NCBI RefSeq assembly: GCF_011386835.1
Contig: NC_088794.1
Location: forward strand, 1,860,001 to 1,924,000
Source: Chrysemys picta bellii
Taxonomy: Eukaryota
Direction: 5' to 3'
DNA: 64,000 nucleotides
Shown here: one piece after another, positions 36,804 through 49,000 of the stretch
How the letters are laid out: each line of letters begins with the position of its first letter
Numbering within the stretch: the stretch's first letter is position 1
Notes under the pieces: generated by a model
What the model saw: the letters and a program-made list of their open reading frames with translations, nothing else
Told to the model about the DNA's origin: nothing
Databases searched by the model: none
Program-made: the position numbers and the translations under genes

Positions 36804-37120
36804 ATATAGAATGGAACATATATTGAGGAGATATATATACACACATACAGAGAGCATGAACAGGTGGGAGTTGTCTTACCACCTCTGAGAGGCCAATTAA
36901 TTAAGAGAAAACAAACTTTTGAAGTGATAATCAAGCTAGCTCAGTACAGACAGTTAGATAACAAGTGTGAGAATACTTACAAGGGGAGATGGATTATCAC
37001 TTCAAAAGTTTGTTTTCTCTTAATTAATTGGCCTCTCAGAGGTGGTAAGACAACTCCCACCTGTTTATGCTCTCTGTATGTGTGTATATATATCTCCTCA
37101 ATATATGTTCCATTCTATAT

Positions 37121-37160
37121 GCATCCGAAGAAGTGGGCTGTAGTCCACGAAAGCTTATGC
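37121..37160 (+). ncRNA. Minimal type I hammerhead-ribozyme motif (Penelope pLTR type)
   Basis: GCAT-CCGAAGA-A-GTGGGCT-GT-AGTCCAC-GAAA-GC-TT-ATGC: stem I GCAT/ATGC, core variant CCGANGA, stem II hairpin, GAAA, palindromic AGCT in place of stem III, NUH triplet CUU. Confidence 0.65.
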
Positions 37161-39194
37161 TCTAATAAATTTGTTAGTCTCTAAGGTGCCACAAGTACTC
37201 CTGTTCTTCTTTTTGCGGATACAGACTAACACGGCTGCTACTCTGAAACTTAAAATTAGATAGTTTTAAATCAACATCTCCAGATAATTTGCATTCGGGA
37301 GTTTGAAAAGAGCTGGCTGAGATCACTGGACCATTAATGCTGATTTTCAGTAAGTCTTTGAGCACTGGGGAAGTTCCAGAAGTCTGGAAGACAGCGCACG
37401 TTGTGCAAATTTTGAAAAAGGGTAAATGGGATGACGTGGGTAATTATAGGCCTCCAAGTCAGCTTGACATTTATCCCTGGCAAGATAACGGAGCAGCTGC
37501 TCTAGGACTCAATGAAGAAAGCATTAAAGGAGAGTAATGGACTAAATGCAAGTCAACATGGGCTCGTGGCAAACAGATCTTGTCAAACTCATTTGATAAC
37601 TCGCTCTGCTGAGATGACAAGTTTGATTGACAAAGGTAATAGCGTTGACCTCTGACTTAGTACCGCAGTGTTTCCATTAAACCCAGAGAACAGTATCAAA
37701 TGAACATGGCCCACGTGAAACGGATTAAAACGTGGCTAACTGGTCTCAAAACACAACTGCAAATGGGGGATTGTTTGCAATGGGGGCGGCAGGGAGTGGT
37801 TCTTGGCCCTGTGCTATTTAACATCTTGGCAGTGACTGGAGGAAAACAAAATCACTACTGGTGAATGCAGCAGACCCGGACATTGGGGGTGGGAAGTGGC
37901 GCGGAGAAGAGGTCACCGGTACAGAGCCAGCTGGATGCTGGGTAAACGGGCACAAGCAGACACGGTGTGTTTGAATCCAGCTACATGTAAATGCTGGTCC
38001 CTGGGCAGGACGTGAGCCGGCCGCACGTACAGGCTGGGGGGCTCTGCCCTGGGACGCAGGGACTCTCAATGGGAACGGGGGATAATCAGCAGAACAGGAA
38101 CTCCCAGCGCAATGCTGGGGCCAAAAGGGCCACTCCCACTCTGGGCTCTGCAAACGGGGGATCTCGCGGAGGAGCAGAGGGGATTTCCCTGCGGCCGGAG
38201 GCTCCAGGAGGATGTTGATCAATTGAGGGGGGGGCAGAGCAGAGCCCTGGGGAGGATCAGAAACCTGCCCTTGAGGGAGAGACTCCAGGAGCTCCAGCTG
38301 GTCGGTTAACACAGGGCTGGCTCAAGGGGGACAGATCGTTACCCCGGCTCGTCACTCCCGCCGAGGAAGGGCTGACGCGCCCCAGCGGCCGGACAAGCCC
38401 GCCTGGAAAGAGGCTGCTCCCCCCAGGCCGATGGGAATTTTCCGGCCCTGGCAGCTCAGCCCAGCCGGGGGGTTCTCAGGTCGGGGCTCAGACCAGACGA
38501 TCCCAGTGCCCCCCCAACCCCTGGAGTCTATGAAACACAGGGGGCCTCAAGGACGGATGTGGTTGCCAGTGCAACGCCCGATCCCACACTGCCAGGGACT
38601 GTGTGTGCCCCCACTGCCCTCTGCCAGGGCTCCCTGTTGTCCCTATCTGTCTGGGGGTCCAGCCATACCAGGCCCCAGCTCGGTGCGCTGTCACCACTGA
38701 CAGGGCTGGCTGAGGCAGTGGCTCTGTAGGGGCGGGGGGTCCTCACTGCCGCAGGCTCGCCCCCCCCAGACACGCTGGAGTTGCTGCGTGGCGGGGTTCA
38801 AACACGGTCATGTTACACTGAAACGCTGCCGAGTCCAGGGCACACCCCAGGGGTAACACGCAAGAGCTAAAGGAAGGCTAATGGGGGAGGAGCCAGGAAT
38901 CCTGGGTTCGATCCCTGGCTCTGTGCTTCAGGGGCCCCCGGCCCAGACAAGGGAAATGACTCTGCCGGGTGCCCAGGAGGCGCGGGGAAGGAATCCCTCC
39001 CAAGCTACCCCCAGCCCCAGCATCTCAATTCCACACATTTCCCATCTGGCCCCAGGGCAGGGACTGGTTGGCTCAGGGGGGTGGGAATGGGGCCTGGTGC
39101 CAGCTTGGATCCGGCCCCAGGGCAGGGAACTGGCCCGCTCGGCAGGGGGGAAACTAACCACTCACCATGTTTTCATCCTTTGTACAAATGTCCT

Positions 39195-39205
39195 TTTATT
39201 TTATT
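39195..39205 (-). terminator. PPP4C polyadenylation signals
   Basis: Two overlapping TTTATT (AATAAA on the minus strand) about 610 bp past the stop codon. Confidence 0.75.
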
Positions 39206-39814
39206 TTTTCTGTTTTTTCCCATTTTTATTAGAATTTTTTTGTTTTTTATCTAAAATGAACAAAAAAGGCAAAAATTGGAAAAAATAATTAAACCGAAGA
39301 AATAAAAATGTCAAGAGGAGACAGATCAGGAGGGGCTCCTCCCCAGAGAGAAGTGGGGGTGTAGGAATAGCGCCCCCTCCCCAAAGAGACAGGGTGGGTG
39401 GAGAAACTGGTCCCTCAGGAGAGATGAAGTTGTGGGGTGACCCACAGGATAGTGGGCTGTCCGACTGACTTGGGGTCGCCCCCGATATGTGGGATCCAGT
39501 TTGGGAGGGCAGATGCCCTGCCGCAGCCGGGCCGGGGTTGCAGGGGGGAGGGAACCTGATATTAAATAAGAGGCGGGGGACTGAAGCCTGGCAAAAACAG
39601 CTGTCGATTTGGGGGCGCTGCAGAGGGGGAGGGTAACACCGAGACGGGGGCAGGGAGGTAACAGTCAGTTCAACCCAGAGCAGGGCTGGATTCTGGGTGG
39701 CCCCACATTCGACACCCCAGGGAACGAGCGGGGCCTGGATCAGCCCCCCAAGTGCCCCCAAATCCCCCAGCAGGGGAAGCCAGGGGCTGCCTCAGCCCAG
39801 GTTGGGGGGGGGTG

Positions 39815-42391
39815 TCACAGGAAGTAGTCAGCAACGGGCTTCTTGGAGGGGATCCCCCGGGTTTCCTGCGGGGCAGCTTCAAAGATGATAAATTCCTTCT
39901 GCAGGTGCTCGTCCAGCTCCAGGATGGCGGCCACGTTCCCGCACCTGGGGGTGTTGCACACTGCTCAGCCGGCGCCCCTCACTCCCAACCCGCAGCCCCC
40001 TGCCAGCCCAGCCCAGCCGGCGCCCCTCACTCCCGACCCGCAGCCCCCTGCCAGCCCAGCACAGCCGGCGCCCCTCACTCCCGACCCGCAGCCCCTGCTA
40101 GCCCAGCCCAGCCGGCGCCCCTCACTCCCGACCCGCAGCCCCTGCTAGCCCAGCCCAGCCCACCCCTGCAGCCCCCATGCGCTCACCGGTAGCAGTAGTT
40201 GGGGGCCGACCAGACGGTGAGCACGGTCTCATTGAAGTGCCACTTGTAGCCCTCCATGACCAGCTGGTGGGCGCGGCAGATCATGTCTATGTCGTTGGAG
40301 GCATTGAACTGGGCCACCACGTCGCTGCCAAAGAGGTACCCGGCGCCCCGCGGGCTCACGCCCCAGCCCGTCGTGTCTGGGGGGGTAGGGGGCAGCGGGG
40401 TGAGAGACCAGCCCTGCCCCCCGTGACCTGCCTCCGTCAGCCCCGTCCGCACATAACCACCGCACCTGCACCCACCCCTCTGCGCATCCCTGGACCAGTT
40501 GCAATACCTATAACCCACCCGCTCTCCCGCCATGCAGCCCTCTCCCCGCCATACCTTCGGGGTCAGACCAGAGCAAGTCACACATGGGCCCATCGTGCGG
40601 CACCTCCTGCTTGCGATCGATCGTGCGGATCTGATCCAGCGTCTGGATGGACGGGGAGAGGCCCCCGTGGACACAGAAGATCTGCAAGGGGGGGGGGGGG
40701 GAAAGAGGTTAGGAACCCAGGAGTCCTGGCCCCCGCCCCCCAGCCCAGCCCGGCCCGGCGCACCTTGCCGTCGATGATGGCCGACAGGCTGAGGTAGTCA
40801 AAGATCTCGGTGCAGTATCGCCACACGGTGACGGAGCCGTACTTGCGCAGACACTCGTCGTAGAAGCCATACACCTGTGTGATCTGCCGGCTCTCGTGAT
40901 TGCCCCTGATGAGCGTGATGCGGTCGGGGTAGCGCACCTGGGGGAGGGGAGGGGTTAGCAGGGGCCCAGAGACGCGGCTAGTGGGGGCTGGGCAGTGGCA
41001 GAGAGGGTCATGGGGCAGTTGGGGGGGGTCTCACCTTGAGCGCCAGCAGCAGCAGGAAGGTCTCCACGCTGTAGAAGCCCCGATCCACGAAGTCGCCCAT
41101 AAAGAGGTAATTGGTCTCTGGGACGTCACCCCCGACCTGTGGGGAGAGAGGGGCTGATGGGACACCAGGGGGCAGCGCAGAGGGGCTCAGAGAAGGGCAA
41201 CTAACATGAGTAGGGGTTTGAAACGGGTCCCATATGAGGAGAGATTAAAGAGGCTAGGACTCTTCAGCTTGGAAAAGAGGAGACTAAGGGGGGATATAAT
41301 AGAGGTCTATAAAATCATGAGTGATGTGGAGAAAGTAGATAAGGAAAAGTTATTTACTTATTCCCATAATACAAGAACTAGGGGTCACCAAATGAAATTA
41401 ATGGGCAGCAGGTTTAAAACAAATAAAAGGAAGTTCTTCTTCACGCAGCGCACAGTCAACCTGTGGAACTCCTTGCCTGAGGAGGTTGTGAAGGCTAGGA
41501 CTATAACAGGGTTTAAAAGAGAACTGGATAAATTCATGGTGGTTAAGTCCATTAATGGCTATTAGCCAGGATGGGTAAGGAATGGTGTCCCTAGCCTCTG
41601 TCTGTCAGAGGGTGGAGATGGATGGCAGGAGAGAGATCACTTGATCATTGCTGTTAGGTTCACTCCCTCTGGGGCACCTGGCATTGGCCACTGTCAGCTG
41701 ACAGGACACTGGGCTGGATGGACCTTTGGTCTGACCCGCTACGGCCGTTCTTATGTTCTAAGGGGGCAGCGCAGAGGGGGCTGATGGGATGGGAGGGGGC
41801 AGCGCAGAGGGGGCTGATGGGATGGGAGGGGGCAGCGCAGAGGGGGCTGATGGGACAGTGGGGGGGTCTCTACTCACCCTGAACAGCTCCTTGAGGTCAT
41901 AGAACTGACCGTGGATGTCCCCACACACCTGGGGGGAGGAGAGAGGACAGAGAATGGGAGGAGACACCAGGCCCCCCCAACATCCCCTCCCCACTGCCAC
42001 CCGCACCCCAACACCTCCCAACCCCAGTCCCCCCCCCCCCCCCGGCCCCCACTCACTGTCACAGGAGAATCCACCCGCTGCACGTTGCTTTCCTCCACCA
42101 GGATCTCCCTGCCACACAGGGAGAAACAGCTTAAGAGCTGGGCCCCCAGTGCCCAAACCCCCCCCCCCCGCAGAGAGCCCCCCAGTGCCCCCCACCCTGC
42201 CCCCCAAGCCGAGCCCCCCCACCCTGCCCCCCGCCCCCGAGGCCCCCCCCGCTGCCCCCCGAGCCGAGCCCCCCCAGGCCCCCCGGCGCTCACCGGGCCT
42301 TGGCGCACAGCGCCTTCACCTCGCTCTCCTTGATGAGCTCGCAGCGCCGGAGCTGCTCGATCTGCCGGTCCAGGTCGCTGATCTCGGCCAT
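39815..42391 (-). CDS. PPP4C: Serine/threonine-protein phosphatase 4 catalytic subunit, 307 aa
   Basis: Exons 42391-42294, 42108-42057, 41928-41878, 41136-41035, 40937-40764, 40681-40555, 40376-40187, 39944-39815 total 924 nt. [18 protein letters not shown]..., GDIHG, GDFVDRG, RGNHE, SAPNY, C-terminus KKPVADYFL*. Confidence 0.98.
41203..41759 (+). mobile_element. Young CR1 LINE 3' fragment, antisense within PPP4C intron
   Basis: Open 119-aa frame ([22 protein letters not shown]...WNSLPEEVV) and a TTCTTATGTTCT terminus; AT-rich against the flanks. Confidence 0.93.
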
Positions 42392-42523
42392 GGCTCCTGG
42401 GCACAGCGGGGGGGGGAGGGTTAGCGGGGGGGGAGGGGCCACGCGCCGCCCCAGCCCCCCCGGCCCCGCTCCGGCCCCCCCCCGCTCCCCTCCTGACCCC
42501 CCCGGCCCCGGACCCCCCCGCAC

Positions 42524-42800
42524 CTGGGGCTCCGTCCCCGGCTCCGAGCGCGGCTGGCCCCGCCCCCTCCCGGCGACAGCGTCACTTCCCGGCCGGAAAG
42601 GGAAAGCTAAGAGAGGACAGGAAATGACGTCACAACCAAGGGGACCGGGCGGGACCCGAAGCGGCACTTGGTGACGTTGACGGAAATGACGCAAGGAGAG
42701 AACACTACCGGCTCGGGCAGAGGCGGGAAATGACATCACTGAGGGGGCCGGCACCGGTAAGGGCAGCCGGAAATACGTCACCAGGCCCCGCCCCTTTCGC
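42524..42800 (-). promoter_or_regulatory. PPP4C non-coding exon 1 and CpG-island promoter
   Basis: Minus-strand donor CAG|GTGCGG at 42524/42523; CRE TGACGTCA (42625-42632); repeated GGAAATGAC motifs. Confidence 0.75.
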
Positions 42801-43004
42801 TGATTCCCCCCCCCCCCCCCGGCAACGCCCCGTCCCGCTCCCGCACCGGGGAGCTCGCGGGTGCCTCAGTTTCCCCGGCCGCCTCGGGGGGGGAGGGGGT
42901 GTGGGGGCTGCGGGGCCCGGCCCAGCTCGAACCCCCGGCCCAGGCCCCGCCCCTTGGCCCCGCCCCTGGCTCCCTCCTTCCCTCCCTCCTTTCACAGCTC
43001 TGGG

Positions 43005-46000
43005 GCAGGGAGCTCAGGGCCGCAGAAGGGGAGTGGGGTACAGGAGGGGGTTGGGGTGCGGGAGGGGGCTCAGGGCCGCGGAAGGGGAGTGGGGTACAGG
43101 AGGGGGTTGGGGTGCAGAAGGGGGCTCAGGGCCGCAGAAGGGGAGTGGGGTACAGGAGGGGGTTGGGGTGCGGGAGGGGGCTCAGGGCTGCAGCGGGGGT
43201 TGGGGTGCTAGCTCTGGGAGGGGCTTTGGGTGTGGGAGGGGGCTCAGGGCTGGGTGCAGGAGGGGGTTGGGTTGCGGGAGGGGGCTCAGGGCCGTGGCAG
43301 GGGGTTGGGGTACAGGAGGGGGTTGGGGTGCGGGAGGGGGCTCAGGGCTGGGTGCAGGAGGGGGTTGGGGTGCATAAGGGGGCTCAGGGCCGTGGCAGGG
43401 GGTTGGGGTGCAGAAGGGGGTTGGGGTGCGGGAGGGGGCTCAGGGCTGGGTGCAGGAGGGGGTTGGGGTGCAGAAGGGGGCTCAGGGCCGCAGAAGGGGA
43501 GTGGGGTACAGGAGGGGGTTGGGGTGCGGGAGGGGTCTCAGGGCTGCAGCGGGGGTTGGGGTGCTAGCTCTGGGAGGGGCTTTGGGTGTGGGAGGGGGCT
43601 CAGGGCTGAGGCGGGGTGCAGGAGGGGGTTGGGGTGCGGGAGGGGGCTCAGGGCCGCAGAAGGGGAGTGGGGTACAGGAGGGGGTTGGGGTGCGGGAGGG
43701 GGCTCAGGGCTGGGTGCAGGAGGGGGTTGGGGTGCGGAAGGGGGCTCAGGGCCGCAGAAGGGGAGTGGGGTACAGGAGGGGGTTGGGGTGCAGAAGGGGG
43801 CTCAGGGTTGTGGCAGGGGATTGGGGGCTCAGGGCTGGGTGCAGGAGGGGGTTGGGGTGTGGGAGGGGGCTCAGGGCTGGGTGCAGGAGGGGGTTGGGGT
43901 GCAGAAGGGGGCTCAGGGCCGCAGAAGGGGAGTGGGGTACAGGAGGGGGTTGGGGTGCAGGAGGGGGCTCAGGGCCGCGGAAGGGGAGTGGGGTACAGGA
44001 GGGGGTTGGGGTGCGGAAGGGGGCTCAGGGCCGCAGAAGGGGAGTGGGGTACAGGAGGGGGTTGGGGTGCGGGAGGGGGCTCAGGGCCGCAGAAGGGGAG
44101 TGGGGTACAGGAGGGGGTTGGGGTGCGGGAGGGGGCTCAGGGCCGCAGAAGGGGAGTGGGGTACAGGAGGGGGTTGGGGTGCGGAAGGGGGCTCAGGGCC
44201 GCAGAAGGGGAGTGGGGTACAGGAGGGGGTTGGGGTGCAGGAGGGGGCTCAGGGCCGCAGAAGGGGAGTGGGGTACAGGAGGGGGTTGGGGTGCGGAAGG
44301 GGGCTCAGGGCCGCAGAAGGGGAGTGGGGTACAGGAGGGGGTTGGGGTGCAGGAGGGGGCTCAGGGCCGCGGAAGGGGAGTGGGGTACAGGAGGGGGTTG
44401 GGGTGCAGGAGGGGGCTCAGGGCCGCGGAAGGGGAGTGGGGTACAGGAGGGGGTTGGGGTGCGGGAGGGGGCTCAGGGCCGCAGAAGGGGAGTGGGGTAC
44501 AGGAGGGGGTTGGGGTGCGGAAGGGGGCTCAGGGCCGCAGAAGGGGAGTGGGGTACAGGAGGGGGTTGGGGTGTGGGAGGGGATTGGGGGCTCAGGGCTG
44601 GGTGCAGGAGGGGGTTGGGGTGCAGGAGGGGGCTCAGGGCCGCAGAAGGGGAGTGGGGTACAGGAGGGGGTTGGGGTGCAGGAGGGGGCTCAGGGCCGCG
44701 GAAGGGGAGTGGGGTACAGGAGGGGGTTGGGGTGCGGGAGGGGGCTCAGGGCCGTGGAAGGGGAGTGGGGTACAGGAGGGGGTTGGGGTGCGGGAGGGGG
44801 CTCAGGGCTGGGTGCAGGAGGGGGTTGGGGTGCAGAAGGGGGCTCAGGGCCGCAGAAGGGGAGTGGGGTACAGGAGGGGGTTGGGGTGCAGGAGGGGGCT
44901 CAGGGCCGCGGAAGGGGAGTGGGGTACAGGAGGGGGTTGGGGTGCGGGAGGGGGCTCAGGGCTGAGGCGGGGTGCAGGAGGGGGTTGGGGTGCGGGAGGG
45001 GGCTCAGGGCCGCAGAAGGGGAGTGGGGTACAGGAGGGGGTTGGGGTGCGGGAGGGGGCTCAGGGCTGGGTGCAGGAGGGGGTTGGGGTGCGGGAGGGGG
45101 CTCAGGGCCGCAGAAGGGGAGTGGGGTACAGGAGGGGGTTGGGGTGCAGAAGGGGGCTCAGGGCCGCGGAAGGGGAGTGGGGTACAGGAGGGGGTTGGGG
45201 TGCGGGAGGGGGCTCAGGGCCGCAGAAGGGGAGTGGGGTACAGGAGGGGGTTGGGGTGCGGGAGGGGGCTCAGGGCCGCGGAAGGGGAGTGGGGTACAGG
45301 AGGGGGTTGGGGTGCGGGAGGGGGCTCAGGGCCGCAGAAGAGGAGTGGGGTACAGGAGGGGGTTGGGGTGCAGAAGGGGGCTCAGGGCCGCAGAAGGGGA
45401 GTGGGGTACAGGAGGGGGTTGGGGTACAGGAGGGGGCTCAGGGCTGCAGCAGGGGGTTGGGGTGCTAGCTCTGGGAGGGGCTTTGGGTGTGGGAGGGGGC
45501 TCAGGGCTGGGTGCAGGAGGGGGTTGGGTTGCGGGAGGGGGCACAGGGCCGTGGCAGGGGATTGGGGTACAGGAGGGGGTTGGGGTGCGGGAGGGGGCTC
45601 AGGGCCGCGGAAGGGGAGTGGGGTACAGGAGGGGGTTGGGGTGCGGAAGGGGGCTCAGGGCTGCAGAAGGGGAGTGGGGTACAGGAGGGGGTTGGGGTGC
45701 GGAAGGGGGCTCAGGGCCGCAGAAGGGGAGTGGGCTACAGGAGGGGGTTGGGGTGCGGGAGGGGGCTCAGGGCTGCGGCAGGGGATTGGGGTGCTAGCTC
45801 TGGGAGGGGCTTTGGGTGTGGGAGGGGGCTCAGGGCTGAGGCGGGGTGCAGGAGGGGGTTGGGGTGCGGGAGGGGGCTCAGGGCCGCAGAAGGGGAGTGG
45901 GGTACAGGAGGGGGTTGGGGTGCGGGAGGGGGCTCAGGGCTGGGTGCAGGAGGGGGTTGGGGTGCAGAAGGGGGCTCAGGGCCGCAGAAGGGGAGTGGGG

Positions 46001-49000
46001 TACAGGAGGGGGTTGGGGTGCGGGAGGGGGCTCAGGGCCGCAGAAGGGGAGTGGGGTACAGGAGGGGGTTGGGGTGCGGGAGGGGGCTCAGGGCCGCGGA
46101 AGGGGAGTGGGGTACAGGAGGGGGTTGGGGTGTGGGAGGGGGCTCAGGGCTGGGTGCAGGAGGGGGTTGGGGTGCAGAAGGGGGCTCAGGGCCGCAGACG
46201 GGGAGTGGGGTACAGGAGGGGGTTGGGGTGCGGGAGGGGGCTCAGGGCCGCAGAAGGGGAGTGGGCTACAGGAGGGGGTTGGGGTGCGGGAGGGGGCTCA
46301 GGGCTGCGGCAGGGGATTGGGGTGCTAGCTCTGGGAGGGGCTTTGGGTGTGGGAGGGGGCTCAGGGCTGAGGCGGGGTGCAGGAGGGGGTTGGGGTGCGG
46401 GAGGGGGCTCAGGGCCGCAGAAGGGGAGTGGGGTACAGGAGGGGGTTGGGGTGCGGGAGGGGGCTCAGGGCTGGGTGCAGGAGGGGGTTGGGGTGCAGAA
46501 GGGGGCTCAGGGCCGCAGAAGGGGAGTGGGGTACAGGAGGGGGTTGGGGTGCGGGAGGGGGCTCAGGGCCGCAGAAGGGGAGTGGGGTACAGGAGGGGGT
46601 TGGGGTGCGGGAGGGGGCTCAGGGCCGCAGAAGGGGAGTGGGGTACAGGAGGGGGTTGGGGTGCAGAAGGGGGCTCAGGGCCGCGGAAGGGGAGTGGGGT
46701 ACAGGAGGGGGTTGGGGTGTGGGAGGGGGCTCAGGGCTGGGTGCAGGAGGGGATTGGGGTGCAGAAGGGGGCTCAGGGCCGCAGAAGGCGAGTGGGGTAC
46801 AGGAGGGGGTTGGGGTGCGGGAGGGGGCTCAGGGCCGCGGAAGGGGAGTGGGGTACAGGAGGGGGTTGGGGTGCGGGAGGGGGCACAGGGCTGCAGCGGG
46901 GGTTGGGGTGCTAGCTCTGGGAGGGGCTTTGGGTGTGGGAGGGGGCTCAGGGCTGGGTGCAGGAGGGGGTTGGGTTGCGGGAGGGGGCACAGGGCCGTGG
47001 CAGGGGATTGGGGTACAGGAGGGGGTTGGGGTGCGGGAGGGGGCTCAGGGCTGGGTGCAGGAGGGGGTTGGGGTGCAGAAGGGGGCTCAGGGCCGTGGCA
47101 GGGGGTTGGGGTGCGGGAGGGGGCTCAGGGCTGGGTGCAGGAGGGGGTTGGGGTGCAGAAGGGGGCTCAGGGCCGCAGAAGGGGAGTGGGGTACAGGAGG
47201 GGGTTGGGGTGCAGAAGGGGACTCAGGGCCGCAGAAGGGGAGTGGGGTACAGGAGGGGGTTGGGGTGCGGGAGGGGGCTCAGGGCCGCAGAAGGGGAGTG
47301 GGGTACAGGAGGGGGTTGGGGTGCAGGAGGGGGCTCAGGGCCGCGGAAGGGGAGTGGGGTACAGGAGGGGGTTGGGGTGCAGGAGGGGGCTCAGGGCCGT
47401 GGAAGGGGAGTGGGGTACAGGAGGGGGTTGGGGTGCGGAAGGGGGCTCAGGGCCGCAGAAGGGGAGTGGGGTGCAGGAGGGGGTTGGGGTGCGGAAGGGG
47501 GCTCAGGGCCGCAGAAGGGGAGTGGGGTACAGGAGGGGGTTGGGGTGCGGGAGGGGGCTCAGGGCCGCAGAAGGGGAGTGGGGTACAGGAGGGGGTTGGG
47601 GTGCGGGAGGGGGCTCAGGGCCGCAGAAGGGGAGTGGGGTACAGGAGGGGGTTGGGGTGCGGGAGGGGGCTCAGGGCCGCAGAAGGGGAGTGGGGTACAG
47701 GAGGGGGTTGGGGTGCAGGAGGGGGCTCAGGGCCGCGGAAGGGGAGTGGGGTACAGGAGGGCGTTGGGGTGCAGGAGGGGGCTCAGGGCCGCAGAAGGGG
47801 AGTGGGGTACAGGAGGGGGTTGGGGTGCGGGAGGGGGCTCAGGGCCGCAGAAGGGGAGTGGGGTACAGGAGGGGGTTGGGGTGCGGAAGGGGGCTCAGGG
47901 CCGCAGAAGGGGAGTGGGCTACAGGAGGGGGTTGGGGTGCGGGAGGGGGCTCAGGGCTGCGGCAGGGGATTGGGGTGCTAGCTCTGGGAGGGGCTTTGGG
48001 TGTGGGAGGGGGCTCAGGGCTGAGGCTGGGTGCAGGAGGGGGTTGGGGTGCGGGAGGGGGCTCAGGGCCGCAGAAGGGGAGTGGGGTACAGGAGGGGGTT
48101 GGGGTGCGGGAGGGGGCTCAGGGCTGGGTGCAGGTGGGGGTTGGGGTGCAGAAGGGGGCTCAGGGCCGCAGAAGGGGAGTGGGGTACAGTAGGGGGTTGG
48201 GGTGCGGGAGGGGGCTCAGGGCCGCAGAAGGGGAGTGGGGTACAGGAGGGGGTTGGGGTGCGGGAGGGGGCTCAGGGCCGCAGAAGGGGAGTGGGGTACA
48301 GGAGGGGGTTGGGGTGCAGAAGGGGGCTCAGGGCCGCGGAAGGGGAGTGGGGTACAGGAGGGGGTTGGGGTGTGGGAGGGGGCTCAGGGCTGGGTGCAGG
48401 AGGGGGTTGGGGTGCAGAAGGGGGCTCAGGGTCGCAGAAGGGGAGTGGGGTACAGGAGGGGGTTGGGGTGCGGGAGGGGGCTCAGGGCCGCAGAAGGGGA
48501 GTGGGCTACAGGAGGGGGTTGGGGTGCGGGAGGGGGCTCAGGGCTGCGGCAGGGGATTGGGGTGCTAGCTCTGGGAGGGGCTTTGGGTGTGGGAGGGGGC
48601 TCAGGGCTGAGGCGGGGTGCAGGAGGGGGTTGGGGTGCGGGAGGGGGCTCAGGGCCGCAGAAGGGGAGTGGGGTACAGGAGGGGGTTGGGGTGTGGGAGG
48701 GGGCTCAGGGCTGGGTGCAGGAGGGGGTTGGGGTGCGGGAGGGGGCTCAGGGCCGCGGAAGGGGAGTGGGGTACAGGAGGGGGTTGGGGTGCGGGAGGGG
48801 GCTCAGGGCTGCAGCGGGGGTTGGAGTGCTAGCTCTGGGAGGGACTTTGGGTGTGGGAGGGGGCTCAGGGCTGGGTGCAGGAGGGGGTTGGGTTGCGGGA
48901 GGGGGCACAGGGCCGTGGCAGGGGATTGGGGTACAGGAGGGGGTTGGGGTGCGGGAGGGGGGTCAGGGCTGGGTGCAGGAGGGGGTTGGGGTGCAGAAGG

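Larger units (their letters stand above)
36711..37250. mobile_element. Penelope-like element insertion: inverted pLTR pair plus tail, 11-bp TSD
   Basis: Arms 36711-36932 and 36992-37213 are reverse complements (222 bp, 2 mismatches). Tail 37214-37250. Flanked by TAAAATTAGAT at 36700-36710 and 37251-37261. Confidence 0.85.
35860..38330 (+). mobile_element. Old, decayed CR1 ORF2 (endonuclease to RT) interrupted by a Penelope-like insertion
   Basis: Remnants such as MGDFS, DLVLT, FNRANF, LIFSKSLSTGEVPEVWKTAHVV.I.KKG....GNYRP, with many stops and indels. Confidence 0.85.

Noticed and set aside
38889-38920. A tRNA gene at the perfect B box
   Set aside because: No cloverleaf or properly spaced A box upstream; better explained as a SINE-head remnant.
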